DNA of 64,000 nt from Nemertoderma westbladi (lineage: Eukaryota; Animalia; Xenacoelomorpha): positions 62,001 to 126,000 of the forward strand of contig JAUCBJ010008501.1 in assembly GCA_032718475.1 (NCBI GenBank), written 5' to 3'. Under the pieces are notes generated by a model that made no database searches, had not been told where the DNA came from, and was given only the letters and a program-made list of their open reading frames with translations. Every line of letters starts with the position of its first letter. Positions within the stretch are counted from its first letter, which is position 1. Made by a program: the position numbers and the translations under genes. Below are positions 61,826-64,000 of this stretch, in pieces.

Positions 61826-63724
61826 GGGTGACCGCAACAGGCGGCGGCGGACTCGTGAGGGTCTGGGGGCACGTTAAACACGTGCTTAAAGTGCAAGGGA
61901 GATACTGATGGCCCTCGTGTCTAGCGAACCATGAATTGCCATGGTGCCGTGGTTCCGTCTAGTCGGCATGTTGCCGTACTGTCAGTCCTGTACACAGTAG
62001 GGGTGGTGGCATGGCGTGATTTGTGGTTCATGTGGTGTGAACTGTGGTTTGTATGTGGGCGATCAGTGGCAGTTGCTTGGGGCTTGGATGGGTTCCTTTG
62101 ACCATCAGCTGTTCCGTTTTTTTGATACTATATGTTATTGTCTCCATGTTCAGCTGATTGGTCTTTGAGATTTGTTTGGGCCTTTGAGTTTTCTGTTGCT
62201 GTGGGTACGTGAGTACACATGATTGTGTGTATGGCCACTGCGAGTGAGTGTGGGAAACCTTGCCAGTTGGTCCAGACGCCGCTGGTATTAGTAGGACCAT
62301 ATTTTACTGCGCCCCAGCATACTTTGTGCACACAAAGTTATTTTGCCCTGACGGCAAAATAAGGTACTCTCGACTCTCATGTTCTCTCTAGTCGATACAA
62401 CTAGTCCCTCCCGATTTTGACCCCGATTTTGTCTTTACCGATTATGTCCTCTGTGTGTGCATGGTATGTGTCCAATTTGTGTACTTGATATTGTGAACAT
62501 CTGTTGAGTACACGTGTACAGTGACTGGTAAGTGGTTACTTGTTCTTAGCTTTTGAGCAAGACAGTATTGTTTTTTCAATACTGCCGGCGAGGCAGGTGA
62601 AAACGAGTCAAAATTCAATGTTGGGTAGCGCAAGCCCACATGGGACAAGACCGTCGGTTAGGCCCAAGGGCGACCTTGGTGCTCGATCGCTATCGACTGG
62701 TCCACCTGCCGGTTGACTCTCTGAGTTGGCTCAATGTACAGTCAGGCCACAGTGAGTTGACAGTAGCCGCCCATCTGGCTACACGTTCGACGAGCTGTGC
62801 CGGTGTGATCGGGGAATTGAAAATTGAACCCGGGAAGCATCGGGCCACCCCCCGGCCCGGTCTGATAATAACATCAGTCAGACTGGCCCCAGGGGTGGTG
62901 GAAACACGTCCGCCTCGTGGGTGCGCCTCGGGGAGGAGCCCAGAAGGACGAAAGCGGCAGCGCAAGGCGCAGGGAGCGTCGGAGAAGGCGCGAGCGCAAC
63001 TGCATAAGGAAGAGTTGGCGGAAGCGACCACGGGAGCGCGACAATTGGGACGAGGCCGAGGGAGAAATACTAGCCGAGAATCTGTCGGGGCTCAGGGAAC
63101 GTCGTCGCCGGTTCCGGGGAGTGACGCCTCACGGACGCCGTCAACGGAGTCGACTAGAGGTAGATTGGTGTATCTGGGAAGGGGGCGGAAGAGAGGAGCG
63201 AGCCCAAAGAACCCAGGAGCGGGTCGATAATACATTATAGCACAGGGCGACAGACTCTAGATATATACATCATCGTCGCTCTGATGTATATTGTAGCATT
63301 TGGAAATCTTCTACTAGACTCATATACACTAGTTGAGTTATTTTGGAATTTATATTATGAGAGAGGCGAAGGAAGTGATTGGGGAGACAAACCTGCGGGT
63401 TTGGCTTACTCCTTTCACTTGCCCTAGCAAAATTTATATATTTGATTTTGTATGTAGTAATCATTATGTAGTAAGAACGAACGAGAAACAATATTTGTAA
63501 ATTTAATTTGTATGTAATAATCGTAAACAGTGAGAGAGATAATATTTTGTAAATTTAATTTGTATGTAATTCATTATGCAATATCTATAGCAATATTTGT
63601 AAATAGTAGGACTTATAGTATCAAGTATTTAGATTGGTTGGAAGAAATTTATTTTGTTTTGTATACATCACCTTATACTCTTCTACAATTGGAGGGAAAC
63701 ATTGTATGATTTCCCTTGGAGCGG

Positions 63725-64000
63725 TGTTACGGTATATGGCGCTGTATCCATATTATTAGTCATCATGCAGTATGTATTATTGGTCATCATGCAGTATGTA
63801 TTATTAGTCGTTATGCAGTATGCAATATTAGTCCGTTATACTGTACGTAATATTAGTCCATTGTGCAGCGTGATATTTTAGATAAGGCATAATAACGCAA
63901 TGATATTTAGATAGGGAAATCGAAACACCCATATATTTGAATCCATCCATTTTGTATAGTATGTAGCCCTACCTACGTAATTTTGTATTAGGATATATGT
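63725..64000 (+). repeat. BEL 3' LTR (start; truncated by the window)
   Basis: Near-identical to 41002-41277; preceded by short purine-rich ggagcgg. Confidence 0.95.

Larger units (their letters stand above)
41002..64000 (+). mobile_element. Giant BEL/Pao LTR retrotransposon with extra ORFs (runs off the right edge)
   Basis: LTR start TGTTACGGTATATGG at 41002 and 63725, one mismatch seen over 276 bp; BEL-type gag-pol in between. Confidence 0.93.

Overview
Eukaryotic (probably invertebrate) repeat-dense DNA. Bases 1-31375 are a 106/103-bp satellite array interrupted by two insertions: a 5'-truncated RTE LINE (5315-6188) and a ~9.1-kb APE-type LINE (~21297-30403). The larger LINE has a very long ORF1 carrying a mucin-like repeat, a Ulp1/SUMO-type cysteine protease, a coiled coil and an RRM-like end. 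The array ends just before a C2H2 zinc-finger exon (31490-32067), so it probably lies in an intron. Next come a Harbinger-type MITE containing an RTE fragment, a degenerate Gypsy element with AC...GT LTR termini (34000-39545) and a 36-bp minisatellite. The window ends with a very large BEL/Pao LTR retrotransposon (41002 to beyond 64000) whose 5' LTR is split by an intact full-length CR1/L2-group LINE (41784-49156). The most striking feature is the BEL cargo downstream of pol (58813-61825): a DEDDy (WRN/Mut-7/RNase D-like) 3'-5' exonuclease fused to three CCHC zinc knuckles, preceded by an unknown 337-aa ORF. All domain calls are from motifs read by eye; no database searches were run.
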